From Acidobacteriota bacterium (lineage in GTDB: Bacteria > Acidobacteriota > UBA6911 > RPQK01 > JAJDTT01): a DNA stretch of 64,000 nucleotides. How positions within the stretch are numbered: the stretch's first letter is position 1; every line of letters begins with the position of its first letter. Position numbers and translations under genes: made by a program. The DNA lies in contig CBDCJH010000002.1 in NCBI GenBank assembly GCA_965217775.1, forward strand, positions 3,680,001 through 3,744,000, written 5' to 3'. Below are positions 47,718 through 57,829 of this stretch, piece after piece. Below the pieces are notes generated by a model. It did not search any database, was not told the origin of the DNA, and worked only from the letters and a program-made list of their open reading frames with translations.

Positions 47718-48695
47718 TCACGGACTGAACGAGCCCGCCGCCTGAAGTTTCTTCCGCATCTTGCCGAGCATGTCGTCGACCATGGCGTCGATGTCGTATT
47801 CGGGGTTCCATCCCCATTCCCGCCGGGCGGCGCTGTCGTCGAGCGAGCGGGGCCAGGAGTCGGCGATCGCCTGGCGGAGCGGGTCGATCTCGTAGTCCAT
47901 CTCGAATTCGGGGATTCTCTTCCGAATGGCGCCGGCCAGTTCCGCGGGGGTGAAGCTCATGGCGGCGACGTTGAAGTCGGCATGGTGCCTGAGCCGGGCG
48001 AAATCGGCCTCCGCCAAGTCGATGATGGCCTTGACGGCATCCGGCATGTACATCATGGGGAGTCGGGTATCCGGCTTTAGGAAACAGGCGTACCGCTTCT
48101 CTCGAATGGCCCCGAAGAAGATCAGGACGGCGTAGTCCGTGGTGCCCGCGGTCGGTTCCTGATCCATGCAACTGACGATTCCAGGCAGCCGCAGCCCCCG
48201 AACGTCCAGGCCCACCTTCGTCGAGTAGTAGTTCCCCAGCAGCTCGCCGAACACCTTGGCGATTCCATAGAGGGTGTTCGGTTTTTGGATGGTGTCGTTG
48301 GGGGTGGGGTCGCGGGGCGTCTCCGGACCGAACGCCGCGATGGAACTGGGGGCGATGACCTTCTCCACTTGGCAGGAGTGGGCGGCCTCCAGGACGTTGT
48401 AGAGGCCGTTGATGTTGACCTCGTGCCCGCGCTGCCGCTCCTGCTCCGCCAGTGCGGAGAGGATGGTGCTCAGGTGATGGATGGTGCCGATCTCGTATTT
48501 CCGGATCGTGTCTACGATCTGCCCGTAGTCGGTCACGTCGACCACTGTGGAGGGGCCGCCGCTGATCGTGGAATCGGACAGGGGCGTCTTGTGGCCGGCC
48601 GCCACGACCGTCTCGCTCCCGTAACGCTTTCTCAACGCGGGGACCAGATCCTGGCCGATCTGACCGGCCGCGCCTGTGACCAGTATTCGCTTCAT
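47718..48695 (-). CDS. NAD-dependent epimerase/dehydratase family, L-threonine 3-dehydrogenase-like
   Basis: TGAAGQIG, SSIAAFG, YGIAK, GTTDYAV, LPMMYMPD, RQAIADSWP. Confidence 0.85.
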   Translation of the reverse strand: MKRILVTGAAGQIGQDLVPALRKRYGSETVVAAGHKTPLSDSTISGGPSTVVDVTDYGQIVDTIRKYEIGTIHHLSTILSALAEQERQRGHEVNINGLYNVLEAAHSCQVEKVIAPSSIAAFGPETPRDPTPNDTIQKPNTLYGIAKVFGELLGNYYSTKVGLDVRGLRLPGIVSCMDQEPTAGTTDYAVLIFFGAIREKRYACFLKPDTRLPMMYMPDAVKAIIDLAEADFARLRHHADFNVAAMSFTPAELAGAIRKRIPEFEMDYEIDPLRQAIADSWPRSLDDSAARREWGWNPEYDIDAMVDDMLGKMRKKLQAAGSFSP

Positions 48696-48785
48696 AGGCT
48701 CATCCCACAAGTGTCAGCAAATAGCATGTGGGACCTCACCTAATATTCATAGGTGGTGAGTCCTGTTCCGTTTGCATCCGTTTGA

Positions 48786-49064
48786 TCATCCAGAAGCGCA
48801 TTCAGCCGCCCGCTCGAAGCTGACAAGCCGCCGGATCAGCGCATTGTATTTTGAATGAGCCCCGTCAGGGTCGGAATCGGCAAGCCGCAGATACAGTTTG
48901 ATTTCCGGTGAACGGATGACCTGTCTGGGAACCGGAAGCCCAATTTGGCGCAATCGGGGTGCGCCTATCGAGACCAACAGAGCAGGCACCGTCGTCGCTC
49001 CGCGCTGGAGGTCCTCGATTCCCTCGCGGACGATCTCGACTCCTGGCAGTCTGTCCATGTCCAC
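48786..49064 (-). CDS. Conserved small hypothetical protein
   Basis: LPG...GI.DL..G..T..ALLV.IGAPRLR...AHS.YNALIRRLVSFERA. Confidence 0.7.
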   Translation of the reverse strand: MDMDRLPGVEIVREGIEDLQRGATTVPALLVSIGAPRLRQIGLPVPRQVIRSPEIKLYLRLADSDPDGAHSKYNALIRRLVSFERAAECASG

Positions 49065-49119
49065 GACCTGAGTCTATCACCCGCCGGCAGGCTCGAATCG
49101 ACTCGTCGAGTCCGTTTTC

Positions 49120-50298
49120 TTACCGTTCCGCGGCCGCCGCACAGATCCGGCGCGCCGCTCCGGTCACCTCCTCATCGGTCCCGCCGAACAACAGCCGGAT
49201 GTGATCCTCGGAACCGAAAAGGTCGCCCGGTTCCGCCAGGACGCCCCAGTCGAAGAGGAGCTTTCGCGCGAACTCCGCTCCCGTCAGTCCCAGTCCGCTG
49301 GTGTTGACGAAGAGGAAGGGCGCGCCTCTGGGAACGACGTAGGAGAGGCCGGAAGCCGGCTCGAGTCCGGCCAGCATCAGATCACGGCTCCGCTGGTATC
49401 GGACGGAAATCTCATCGATCCACTCCTGCGGGCCCTCGATGGCGGCTTGGCCTGCCCGTTGGGCGACGTGCCCGCACTTGAGGACGCCCCATTCCAGGAT
49501 CTTCCGCATGTACCGGACCAGGCGCGGGGCCGCGGCGATGAATCCGAGTCTCCAGGGCTGCAGGGCGAAGGTCTTGGTGAAGCTGCAGATGGTGACGATA
49601 CGGTCCCTGTTGTCCGCGGCCGAGGCGAAGCGGACGTGCCGGGCGTCGTCGTAGAGCATGTTGTCGTAACACTCGTCCGATACGACGTAGAGATCATGCC
49701 GGGCCGCCACTTCCACGATCGCCCTCAGGTCCTCTTCGCTGGCCACGAACCCCGTCGGGTTGGCCGGCGAGCTCACGACGATCGCCTTGGTCCGGGGTGT
49801 GATCACGGCCTCCAGCGCTTCCGGAGTCCACTGCCAGTCGTCCTCCTCCCGGGTTCTGGCGTAAACGGGCACCGCTCCCGCCAGCTCGATCAGTCCGAAG
49901 AAGAAAAAACTGGGACTGAAGATGACCGCCTCGTCCCCGGGATCCAGCAGGGTGGTGAAGACGACGTCCAGCGCGTGCATCGCGCCCGCCGTCACCAGGA
50001 TCTCCGTTTCCGGATCGAAGGAGATTCCGTCCTGGTCTTCCAATCGTCCGGCAATCGCCCGGCGAAGTCCGGGGAATCCGCTGGACGGCGGCTGCTGGTT
50101 GCTTTGAGCCGCCCGCGTGGCCGCGTCGACGACATGCTCCGGTGGAGGCCAGAACGGAGCTCCCTTGAGAATGATGACGTCCTTGCCGTCCGCGATGAGC
50201 GCCCCGGCGATATCGGCCGCTTCGCTGGAGGGCACCCGTGGCAGTCTCGCCCGCCGGGCGACGTCCAAGGTCTTTCGCGCCGGTGCCGATTCTCCCAT
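49120..50298 (-). CDS. Class I/II PLP-dependent aminotransferase
   Basis: SPANPTG, SDECY, SFTKTFALQPWRLG. Confidence 0.9.
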   Translation of the reverse strand: MGESAPARKTLDVARRARLPRVPSSEAADIAGALIADGKDVIILKGAPFWPPPEHVVDAATRAAQSNQQPPSSGFPGLRRAIAGRLEDQDGISFDPETEILVTAGAMHALDVVFTTLLDPGDEAVIFSPSFFFFGLIELAGAVPVYARTREEDDWQWTPEALEAVITPRTKAIVVSSPANPTGFVASEEDLRAIVEVAARHDLYVVSDECYDNMLYDDARHVRFASAADNRDRIVTICSFTKTFALQPWRLGFIAAAPRLVRYMRKILEWGVLKCGHVAQRAGQAAIEGPQEWIDEISVRYQRSRDLMLAGLEPASGLSYVVPRGAPFLFVNTSGLGLTGAEFARKLLFDWGVLAEPGDLFGSEDHIRLLFGGTDEEVTGAARRICAAAAER

Positions 50299-50305
50299 CC
50301 CTGCC

Positions 50306-52402
50306 TCAGTTCAGTTTTCTCGGCACCGTGACCGACCAACTCTTCTGGAAATGCCGCGCGCCATTGACGGTCACCTCCACTCCCACCACATGGTGAAACG
50401 CCGCTTCGTCGCTGGAGGTGACCTCGTTCGCCTTGACGACGACTTCAGAATCCGGACGCTTGACCACGTACGTGGAAGTCGCCGCCAGAACGGCAGCGGC
50501 GGGATTCTCTTCGGAAACGGTGAATCTGGAGCGGGTCACCATGCGCTCCGATCCCTCTCCCCGAACGCCCTTGGTCTCGCGGCCGAGTCGCAGGGTCACC
50601 GCTTTCCCCACGAGATCGTGAGCAATCGAATACTCCAAGGGCGTTTTCAAGAGCTTGGGGTCGGCCGTGGGTAGTTCCACCAGGTCCGGTTTCGGGAGTT
50701 TGGGACTCTGCTCCGGAATCACCGGCAGCAGGATATGCGACGGGTGACGGCGGCTGCGGTGCAACGTGCTCACCGCCGGCTCCGGCGTCGGCCAGGCGTT
50801 CTGAATGTCGGCGCCTGCGATGGCCACGCGAATCCTGTGCCCGGCAGCGAACACGTACGACATTTCCTTCACGTCCACGGCCAACTCGTAGACCTCGCCG
50901 GGGACCATCGCCTCCGGCTCAAAATGCGAGTTCCGGTGAGTTCCGCTGAGACCGCCGTAGCGCACGAGTTTGGAGGTGCCGTCCGGCGCCACGTCGATGA
51001 GCTTGACTCGAAAGTAGGCCACTTCGGCCGTCGAGGAGACATGCAGCAGGGCCCGAGGGGCGCCCGACACCTCCACGTCCTTTTCCAGCGGAGAAGTGGT
51101 GTAGGTCAGGGAGTAAGCCTCGTCCGGGCGCTGGTCCACGGGCATGGCCCAGGGCAGAATTCCTCCTCCCCAATGGATGCCCGAGGTGATGCCGACGGTG
51201 GGCTTGTAGTCGAAACTGTCCGCGGCCGCCTCGAATCCGGTGGACGGCTCCCGGCTCAGCTTGCCGCCGCCGTGGAAGTGGAACCCGGTGGGCAGGGCCC
51301 GGGCGATGGGCCATTCGGCTTCGGAGCGCCAAGAGCCCGCCTCTTCCAGCGGCATCCGGGATGAGGGCGGCGTGTATTCCCGCACGAAAACGGTGACCGG
51401 CGGTTCCTCCAGCACCCCGTTCTCCATTCCCTTGAGCCAGTAGTCGAACCACTTCAGGTAGATGGGGCGGGTGTCGATGCGGGGCCCGGGGACGGCGTGT
51501 TTCTCTTCGCCGTACCAGTGTCCCCAGGGACCGACCAGCGCCTTCTTGAAGGGAACTTCCAACCGATCGAAGGCGCGCAGCAACGCGGTGGCATAGACGT
51601 CCGACCAGCCCGCTACCACGAAGACCGGACACTTGACCCGGCTGTAGTCCGCGGACAGGGAGCGGTCCTGCCAGTAGGGCCCCTCCGTCGGGTGAGAGAT
51701 GTAGCCGATCCCCCAGGGCCGATTGTTTTCCAGCCGGGTCCGCCAGATCTCACTCCATTTCGCGCCCGCGATCTCCGGGTCGGGAGGGGCGAAATTGAAA
51801 GCGGTCATATGAGGAGAATAGCTGTCGAACATGTAGGGGCGAAGCACGCCCCCGGGATAGGTCCATTCGGTGTAGACGCTGTCGTTGGCCGAGCGCACGA
51901 TGATGGTCTTGAGGTGGGGAGGATTCTGGACCGCAACCTGCCACTGGACCACGCCGCTGTAGGATTTCCCCAGCATTCCGACGTTGCCGTTGCACCAGGG
52001 CTGGGCGGCGATCCACTCCACCATTTCGTAAGCGTCTCGCCGCTCGTCGGCGGCGTAGATGTCCCGGCTCCACCCGCCGGAGTTCCCGGTGCCGCGCACG
52101 TCGAACTGCACCACCACGTAGCCCCGCTCCGCCAAGTAGGGAACGGCGGGTGGATACTCGTCCCGGTAGTCCGGCAGGGGAGCTTTGACCCGCCGGTAGG
52201 GGTTGTATTCCATGATGGCGGGGAATCTTCCCTCCGCGTCAGGCCGCGTGATTCTCAGGGCCAACTCCACGCCGTCCCGCATGGAGACGTACCGGTTGAT
52301 CACCTTGACCTTGCCCTCGTAAACGGGCGGGGAGAGTTTTGCCTTGGATTGACCGAAGATCCCGGTAGAAAATCCAATCATCATGAGAACAAAATAAAGC
52401 AT
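50306..52402 (-). CDS. CocE/NonD family hydrolase
   Basis: MRDGVELA, DVRGTGNSGG, GKSYSG, GPWGH. Confidence 0.9.
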   Translation of the reverse strand: MLYFVLMMIGFSTGIFGQSKAKLSPPVYEGKVKVINRYVSMRDGVELALRITRPDAEGRFPAIMEYNPYRRVKAPLPDYRDEYPPAVPYLAERGYVVVQFDVRGTGNSGGWSRDIYAADERRDAYEMVEWIAAQPWCNGNVGMLGKSYSGVVQWQVAVQNPPHLKTIIVRSANDSVYTEWTYPGGVLRPYMFDSYSPHMTAFNFAPPDPEIAGAKWSEIWRTRLENNRPWGIGYISHPTEGPYWQDRSLSADYSRVKCPVFVVAGWSDVYATALLRAFDRLEVPFKKALVGPWGHWYGEEKHAVPGPRIDTRPIYLKWFDYWLKGMENGVLEEPPVTVFVREYTPPSSRMPLEEAGSWRSEAEWPIARALPTGFHFHGGGKLSREPSTGFEAAADSFDYKPTVGITSGIHWGGGILPWAMPVDQRPDEAYSLTYTTSPLEKDVEVSGAPRALLHVSSTAEVAYFRVKLIDVAPDGTSKLVRYGGLSGTHRNSHFEPEAMVPGEVYELAVDVKEMSYVFAAGHRIRVAIAGADIQNAWPTPEPAVSTLHRSRRHPSHILLPVIPEQSPKLPKPDLVELPTADPKLLKTPLEYSIAHDLVGKAVTLRLGRETKGVRGEGSERMVTRSRFTVSEENPAAAVLAATSTYVVKRPDSEVVVKANEVTSSDEAAFHHVVGVEVTVNGARHFQKSWSVTVPRKLN

Positions 52403-52428
52403 AGCCGTCTATCGAATGAATCTTGTCT

Positions 52429-53751
52429 TCAGCCGTGGCTCCAGTCGTACCGCCGGCGGTTCTTCCACTGGCCTTCAGTATAGTCGGGCACCTCCTGCGT
52501 GGCCCCGTTCTCACGGACGGATTTCGCCGAGAGCGGGATGAGGGAACTCCAGGTGACGGCGTCATAGACATCGATTCCCGGGGCCTTGTCTTCCATCAGG
52601 CACTTGTAGAAATGTTCGATGACGAAATAGTCGCCTCCGCCATGCCCGGTCCGCAATGCCGCCTTACCGTGCCGGGTCCAGAAGGGGTGATCGTAACGCT
52701 CGTAGTAGTTCGAAACGGGCTCCCAATCCTTCGACCTTCCATCCACGAACATCCCCGCTTCGTCGTCGTACGAGGCCTTGGTGCCCTGAAGCGTATAGAA
52801 ATCCATGTGGTGCGGACGCGGGGAACAGATGTCGAAGCGGAGGAAGATCACGGCTCCGCTCTCGGTCCGAATCAGGCTCACGGTGTTGTCCCCGTTCCAG
52901 GTCGCCGTGGCCCCTGGGGTGTCGCGACCGAACCGCTCGATGGCGTACTCCCGAAAGCTGTGGGCCGGAGTCATCATGCTCACGCATTGCCGGAGCTGGT
53001 CGCCCCGGGGGATTCCGAACCACATGGAGGTGGGGCCGAGGGCATGGGTCGGATAGGTGTTTGCGATCAGGTCCGTCCGGCTGTTGAGCGATCCGCGCCA
53101 GTTCAGCGAGCCGTCTCCATTGAACTGCAGGTTTCGAGCTTCGTGGATATAGCCGCACTCGGCGAAGGTGAGCGTTCCGAAGACCCCCTGCTCCACCGCG
53201 TTCAGGATCATCATGTTGCTGCGGATGAAACACAGGTTCTCTGCCATGAAGTACTTGGCGTCGGTTTCCTGGGCCGCCCGCACCAAGTCCCAACCTTCCT
53301 GGATGGTGTTGCAGGCCGGCACCTCGCTGAAGACGTGCTTGTGCGCCCGCAAGCTGTCGATCGCCATGGGGCCGTGCCACCAGGTGGGCGTGGTAATGAA
53401 GACGACGTCGACGTCGTCGCGCTTCAGCAGGCGCTTGTAGTCGCGGGGGCCCCCGGTGTAGGTGTCCGGCTTGTACCCGAGCTTCTCCTGCACCATCTTC
53501 GCTCCCCGCTGAGCCGCCTCTTCACGGAAGTCGCACAGCGCCGGGACGTCGACGTTGAACCGGTCGAGCGACGCCTTGAGAAAGAGCCTGCCCCGGTTTC
53601 CAACGCCGATGATGGCGATCTTGAATTTCTTCGATCCGTGCTTGCTGGCAGGCGCTGGCGGCTCTGCCGCGAGCGCGACCGGAGCCAGGGACGACGCCAA
53701 TGCGGTGCCGCTCCCCGTTTGCACGAATTCCCGGCGGTTCAATTTCTTCAT
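52429..53751 (-). CDS. Tat-exported Gfo/Idh/MocA-fold protein, GH109 (alpha-N-acetylgalactosaminidase)-like
   Basis: NRREF signal, IIGVGNRG, EVPA, ENLCF, GYIH, YPTHALGP, GHGGGDY. Confidence 0.85.
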   Translation of the reverse strand: MKKLNRREFVQTGSGTALASSLAPVALAAEPPAPASKHGSKKFKIAIIGVGNRGRLFLKASLDRFNVDVPALCDFREEAAQRGAKMVQEKLGYKPDTYTGGPRDYKRLLKRDDVDVVFITTPTWWHGPMAIDSLRAHKHVFSEVPACNTIQEGWDLVRAAQETDAKYFMAENLCFIRSNMMILNAVEQGVFGTLTFAECGYIHEARNLQFNGDGSLNWRGSLNSRTDLIANTYPTHALGPTSMWFGIPRGDQLRQCVSMMTPAHSFREYAIERFGRDTPGATATWNGDNTVSLIRTESGAVIFLRFDICSPRPHHMDFYTLQGTKASYDDEAGMFVDGRSKDWEPVSNYYERYDHPFWTRHGKAALRTGHGGGDYFVIEHFYKCLMEDKAPGIDVYDAVTWSSLIPLSAKSVRENGATQEVPDYTEGQWKNRRRYDWSHG

Positions 53752-53787
53752 CGTGGATGACCTTCTATCTGTTGGGGTGAAGATTCC

Positions 53788-53923
53788 CGTAGGAGGGGGG
53801 ACCGTCTTGTCCCCCACAATCCCAATAGGAGAGGGGACATTCCTGTCCCCTGCAAGCCTTGGAATCGGGCCGCGCCTTGCTCCGGTCTGGACCGAAGAGG
53901 GCACCCACAAGGGGCGCCCCTAC
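53788..53923. repeat. REP cluster including a GTAG-type REP
   Basis: Two GGAG-GGGGAC...GTCCCC hairpins; 53898-53923 reverse complement GTAGGGGCGCCCCTTGTGGGTGCCCT. Confidence 0.6.
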
Positions 53924-53988
53924 GTCGTCCATTTGCACAGGATTTTGCAAATAAGGAACTAATCCTCACAGGCAACGATCGCTTTCGT

Positions 53989-56067
53989 CTAATTCAACTG
54001 CCTGGGAACCGTGATCGACCAGCTCTTGTTGAAATGGCGGGCTCCGTTGACGGTGACCTCCACTTCCGCCACATAGCGGAACGAGGTCTCGTTACTTGTG
54101 GTCAGCTCATTGGCTGTCACTTGAATCGTCGATTCCGGACGATCCACCGTGTAGGCCGCCTTGGCCTTGACCGTGGCCCGGGCCGGATTCTCCGACGAAA
54201 CCGTGAACCGGGAATCCAAGAGCAGACTGCCTCTCGCCACGTGGATCCGGAGCGTGGTGGTGTTGTTCACAAGATCGCGGGTAATCGAGTACTCCTTGGG
54301 CTGAGACAGGTCGTCGGGGTCGGCATTGGGAAGACGCTTCAGTCCGGGCTCGGGCAGCTTCGGGTTCTGAGCGGGCACCACCGGAAGCACGAGATGGGAC
54401 GGACGCTCGCGGTTTCGGTGCAGCGTGATCTCCGCCGGCTTGGGCGTGGGCCAGGCGTTCGGCATGTCGGCACTGGCGACGGCGACCCGGACCCGGTGCC
54501 CTTTCGCGAACACGTAGGACATGGCCTTCAGATCGAACTTCAATTCGTGGACATCACCCGGTTGCAGCGGTTCCGGACTGGAGTGGGAGTTCCGATGGGT
54601 GGCGTTCAGTCCCCCGTAGCGGACCAGCTTGGCCGTTTCGTCCGGGGCGACGTCGATCAGCTTGACCCGGAAATAGGCCACGTCCGCAGTGGATGACAGG
54701 TGGAGCGCCGCGGTGGGATTGCCGGTGACCTCCAAGTCTTCTTCCAACGGCTCGGTCGTGTAGACGAGGGAGTGCGCCTGGTCCAGGCGCTGATCCACCG
54801 GCATTCCCCAGGGATTGATGCTCCCCCCGGCATGGATGCCCGAGGTGATGCCGACGGCCGGGTCGTATTCATAGCTGTCGGATCCGGACTCCGGCCCTGC
54901 CGGCTGTTCCCCGCTGAGCCGGCCACCCTCGTGAAAGTACATCGGCGTGTATTTTGTTCTCGGAACCGGCCAATCCATTTCGGACTGCCAGAAGCCCGGC
55001 TCTTCCAGAACCATCCGCGCCGAAGGCTTCTTGTACTGCCGCTTGAAGAGGGTCACCGGGGGTTCGTCCATCACCCCGTTGTCGATCCCCTTGAGCCAGT
55101 AGTCGAACCACTTCCGATACTCCAGGTGCCCGTCGATCCGGGGTCCGGGAACGGTGTTGTGAACCTCCGGCCACCAGTGTCCCCAGGGACCGACGAGAGC
55201 CCGCTTGGGAACTTTCAACTTGGAGAACGCTCGGAGCAGGGCGGTCGAGTACCAGTCGGCCCAGCCTCCGATCACGTACACGGCGCACTGGACTCGATCA
55301 TAGTCGGGCGCCAGGGATTGGCCGCGCCAGTAGGGACCGTCCACCATGTGTTTGATGAAACCATAGCCCCAGGGCCGGTTGTTTTGGAGATGCTCCTCCC
55401 AGATCTCGCTCCACTTCTCCCCGACCAGCTCCGGGTCGGGGGGAGCGAAATTCATGGCGGTCATCTGGGGCGCGTACCGCCACATGACGAACGGGCGAAG
55501 CACTCCGCCCGGGTAGATGAACTCGGTGTAGTTGTCGTCGTTTCCGGAGCGGACGATGATGGCCTTCAGGTGCGGAGGCGCCTGCTTGGCCACGTGCCAC
55601 TGCACCACGCCTCCGTAGGAAATGCCCATCATCCCGACCTTCTCGTTGCACCAGGGTTGGGCCGCGATCCACTCCACCATCTCGTAGCCGTCCTTTTGCT
55701 CGGCCGGGTTGTAAAAGTCCCGGGTGAAACCGCCGGAGTTGCCGGTTCCCCGGGTGTCGTACTGAACGATGGCGTAACCCTGGCCCGCCAGGTAGAGCAT
55801 GGGCTGGAAAGGCCACGGTTCTTCGTCGAAGTCGGGGGGGCCCTTCTTCAGAAAACGGTAGGGGTAGTAGATCATGACGGCCGGAAACCGGCCTTCGACA
55901 TCAGGACGAATGATGCGGGTCGCCAGCTCCACGCCGTCCCGCATGGCGACGCGGTCGTAGGTCACCTTGAGCTTGTCGCCGTATGGGGTTCCGGCCATGG
56001 GGTCGCCGGGCGGTTCGGCGGCAAGACTCACGGAAACGAGGGTAGCGAAGAGCAGGAGAAAGAACAT
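53989..56067 (-). CDS. CocE/NonD family hydrolase (paralog of 50306-52402)
   Basis: MRDGVELA, GISYGG, GPWGH, shared C-terminus HF.KSWS.TVPR.LN. Confidence 0.9.
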   Translation of the reverse strand: MFFLLLFATLVSVSLAAEPPGDPMAGTPYGDKLKVTYDRVAMRDGVELATRIIRPDVEGRFPAVMIYYPYRFLKKGPPDFDEEPWPFQPMLYLAGQGYAIVQYDTRGTGNSGGFTRDFYNPAEQKDGYEMVEWIAAQPWCNEKVGMMGISYGGVVQWHVAKQAPPHLKAIIVRSGNDDNYTEFIYPGGVLRPFVMWRYAPQMTAMNFAPPDPELVGEKWSEIWEEHLQNNRPWGYGFIKHMVDGPYWRGQSLAPDYDRVQCAVYVIGGWADWYSTALLRAFSKLKVPKRALVGPWGHWWPEVHNTVPGPRIDGHLEYRKWFDYWLKGIDNGVMDEPPVTLFKRQYKKPSARMVLEEPGFWQSEMDWPVPRTKYTPMYFHEGGRLSGEQPAGPESGSDSYEYDPAVGITSGIHAGGSINPWGMPVDQRLDQAHSLVYTTEPLEEDLEVTGNPTAALHLSSTADVAYFRVKLIDVAPDETAKLVRYGGLNATHRNSHSSPEPLQPGDVHELKFDLKAMSYVFAKGHRVRVAVASADMPNAWPTPKPAEITLHRNRERPSHLVLPVVPAQNPKLPEPGLKRLPNADPDDLSQPKEYSITRDLVNNTTTLRIHVARGSLLLDSRFTVSSENPARATVKAKAAYTVDRPESTIQVTANELTTSNETSFRYVAEVEVTVNGARHFNKSWSITVPRQLN

Positions 56068-56236
56068 CTCGGCACGCCTCCGTAAACGGGTGGCTTGAAG
56101 GGTCTCGACCAGAGGGAAAAAGATTTCGCGAGTCTATGCCCTGCCCCGACGCCGGTCAACCCGCCGAGTTGCCTCACAATCAATCGTCCTGAAACGGATT
56201 CGTCGCCTCGAAATAGAAACCTTCCCGAAATGCGGG

Positions 56237-57334
56237 TTAAGCGAGAACCTCCCGGATGACCCGCCCGTGAACGTCGGTCAGGCGGCGGTCGATGCCGTTG
56301 TGCCGGAAGGTCAATTTCTCGTGATCGATGCCGAGCCGTTCCAAAACCGTGGCATGCAGGTCATAGCAGTAGACGGGATTTTCCGCGGCTCTGTAGGACC
56401 ATTCATCGCTGGCTCCGTAGGTCACGCCGCCCTTCACACCGCCGCCTGCGAGCCAACTGGTGAAGGTGAACGGGTTATGGTCCCGCCCTCTGCTCCCCTG
56501 GCTGCAGGGCATACGGCCGAACTCGGTCGTCCAATAGACGATGGTGTCCTCCAGCAGACCGCGTGACTTGAGGTCTTTGATCAGCGCAGCCGCCGGCCGG
56601 TCCATTTCCGCGGCCATGTCTCCATGATCCTTTTCGATATTTTCGTGACTGTCCCAGTTCCTTCTCGGGAAGCCGTTGTCGGCCCCGCTCCAAACCTGAA
56701 CAAAACGGACGCCTTTTTCGAGAAGCCGGCGCGCGACCAGGCAGCGGGTCCCGAAATCCCGGGTGGCCGGCTCATCCACTCCGTACAGTTTCCGAGTGTT
56801 TGCGGACTCTCCCGAGATGTCCATGACTTCGGGGGCGCTGAGCTGGAGCTTGGCGGCCATCTCGTAAGAACGGATGCGCGCTTCGAGCCGCGAGTCGGCG
56901 CCCCGTACCTCCTGGTGAGCGCGATTCAGTTTCCGTAGCACCCTGAGGGTGTCAGCCTCGCCCGAAGCGGTGATGTATCGCGCGGATTCCGGCGGGAAGA
57001 GGTCGTGGATGGGATTGGGGCGTCCCACGCGAATCATGGTCCCCTGATGCGACGCGGGCAGGAAACCGGCCGCCCAGTTGCCCGGACCGTTGGGTGGGAA
57101 ACCGCGCACGTCCGGGAGCACGACCAAGGTCGGCAGATTGTCGTTCATGCTGCCCAGCCCGTAGGACAGCCAGGCCCCCATGCTGGGGAATCCCGGAAGC
57201 ACGAAACCGGTGTTCTGCATGAACGTCGCGGGGCCATGCACGTTCGATGTGGAAATCATCGAATGGAAGAAGGCAATTTCATCGACGCAAGTCGCCAGTC
57301 GGGGCACCTGGCTGCTGACCCATTTGCCGCTCAC
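56237..57334 (-). pseudogene. DUF1501 domain protein lacking its N-terminus
   Basis: PSMGAWLSYGLG, CLVARRLLEKGVRFVQ, WDSH, TEFGR.P, GRDHN; begins mid-domain at SGKWVS with no export signal. Confidence 0.8.
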
Positions 57335-57605
57335 CTCTGATCTGTCGGATCAGCAGACTCTCTTCGGGACTTCCCGGCACCACGACGGGGCCGCTCCTGC
57401 CCCCATCCTGCAGATCCTGGTAGCTGGCCAGCGACAGGTTGGCCTGTCCCCCTTCGGCTGCGTGGCAGGTTTGACAGCGTTGCTCCAAGATGGGCCGCAC
57501 CTGCCTGTGAAAGCTGACCGGCGACTGCGCGGGTGCCATCTCGACGGCGAGAATCCAGATTCCAGCCAGTGACAACCAATGATGCAGTGTGCCCCGACCG
57601 TTCAT
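57279..57605 (-). pseudogene. Truncated planctomycete cytochrome c domain protein
   Basis: VSF.RQVRPILEQRCQTCH...GG.SG.VVVPGSPEESLLI, then the domain breaks off into DUF1501 sequence in another frame. Confidence 0.75.
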
Positions 57606-57681
57606 CTCTTAATCCCCGGATCAATCAAGGATTGTTTCCTGATTATGCTCTATAAGACCTTGGTCAATAAAGACGCCCGTC

Positions 57682-57754
57682 AGGGGCAGCGGTTTCCAAC
57701 CGCCGCACTCCCAATGGGGAAGGGGAATGGGGGACAGGGATGTCCCCCCTCCTA
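57682..57754. repeat. Inverted REP-like pair
   Basis: GGCAGCGGTTTCCAACCGCCG and GGGGACAGGGATGTCCCCCCTCC. Confidence 0.5.
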
Positions 57755-57829
57755 TTCGCGTTGCGACGGGAAGCCTGCTAGCATTCCTGCAAACGACGAA
57801 CCCGCCTTTCTCGCCGGGTCGCTGATTGC

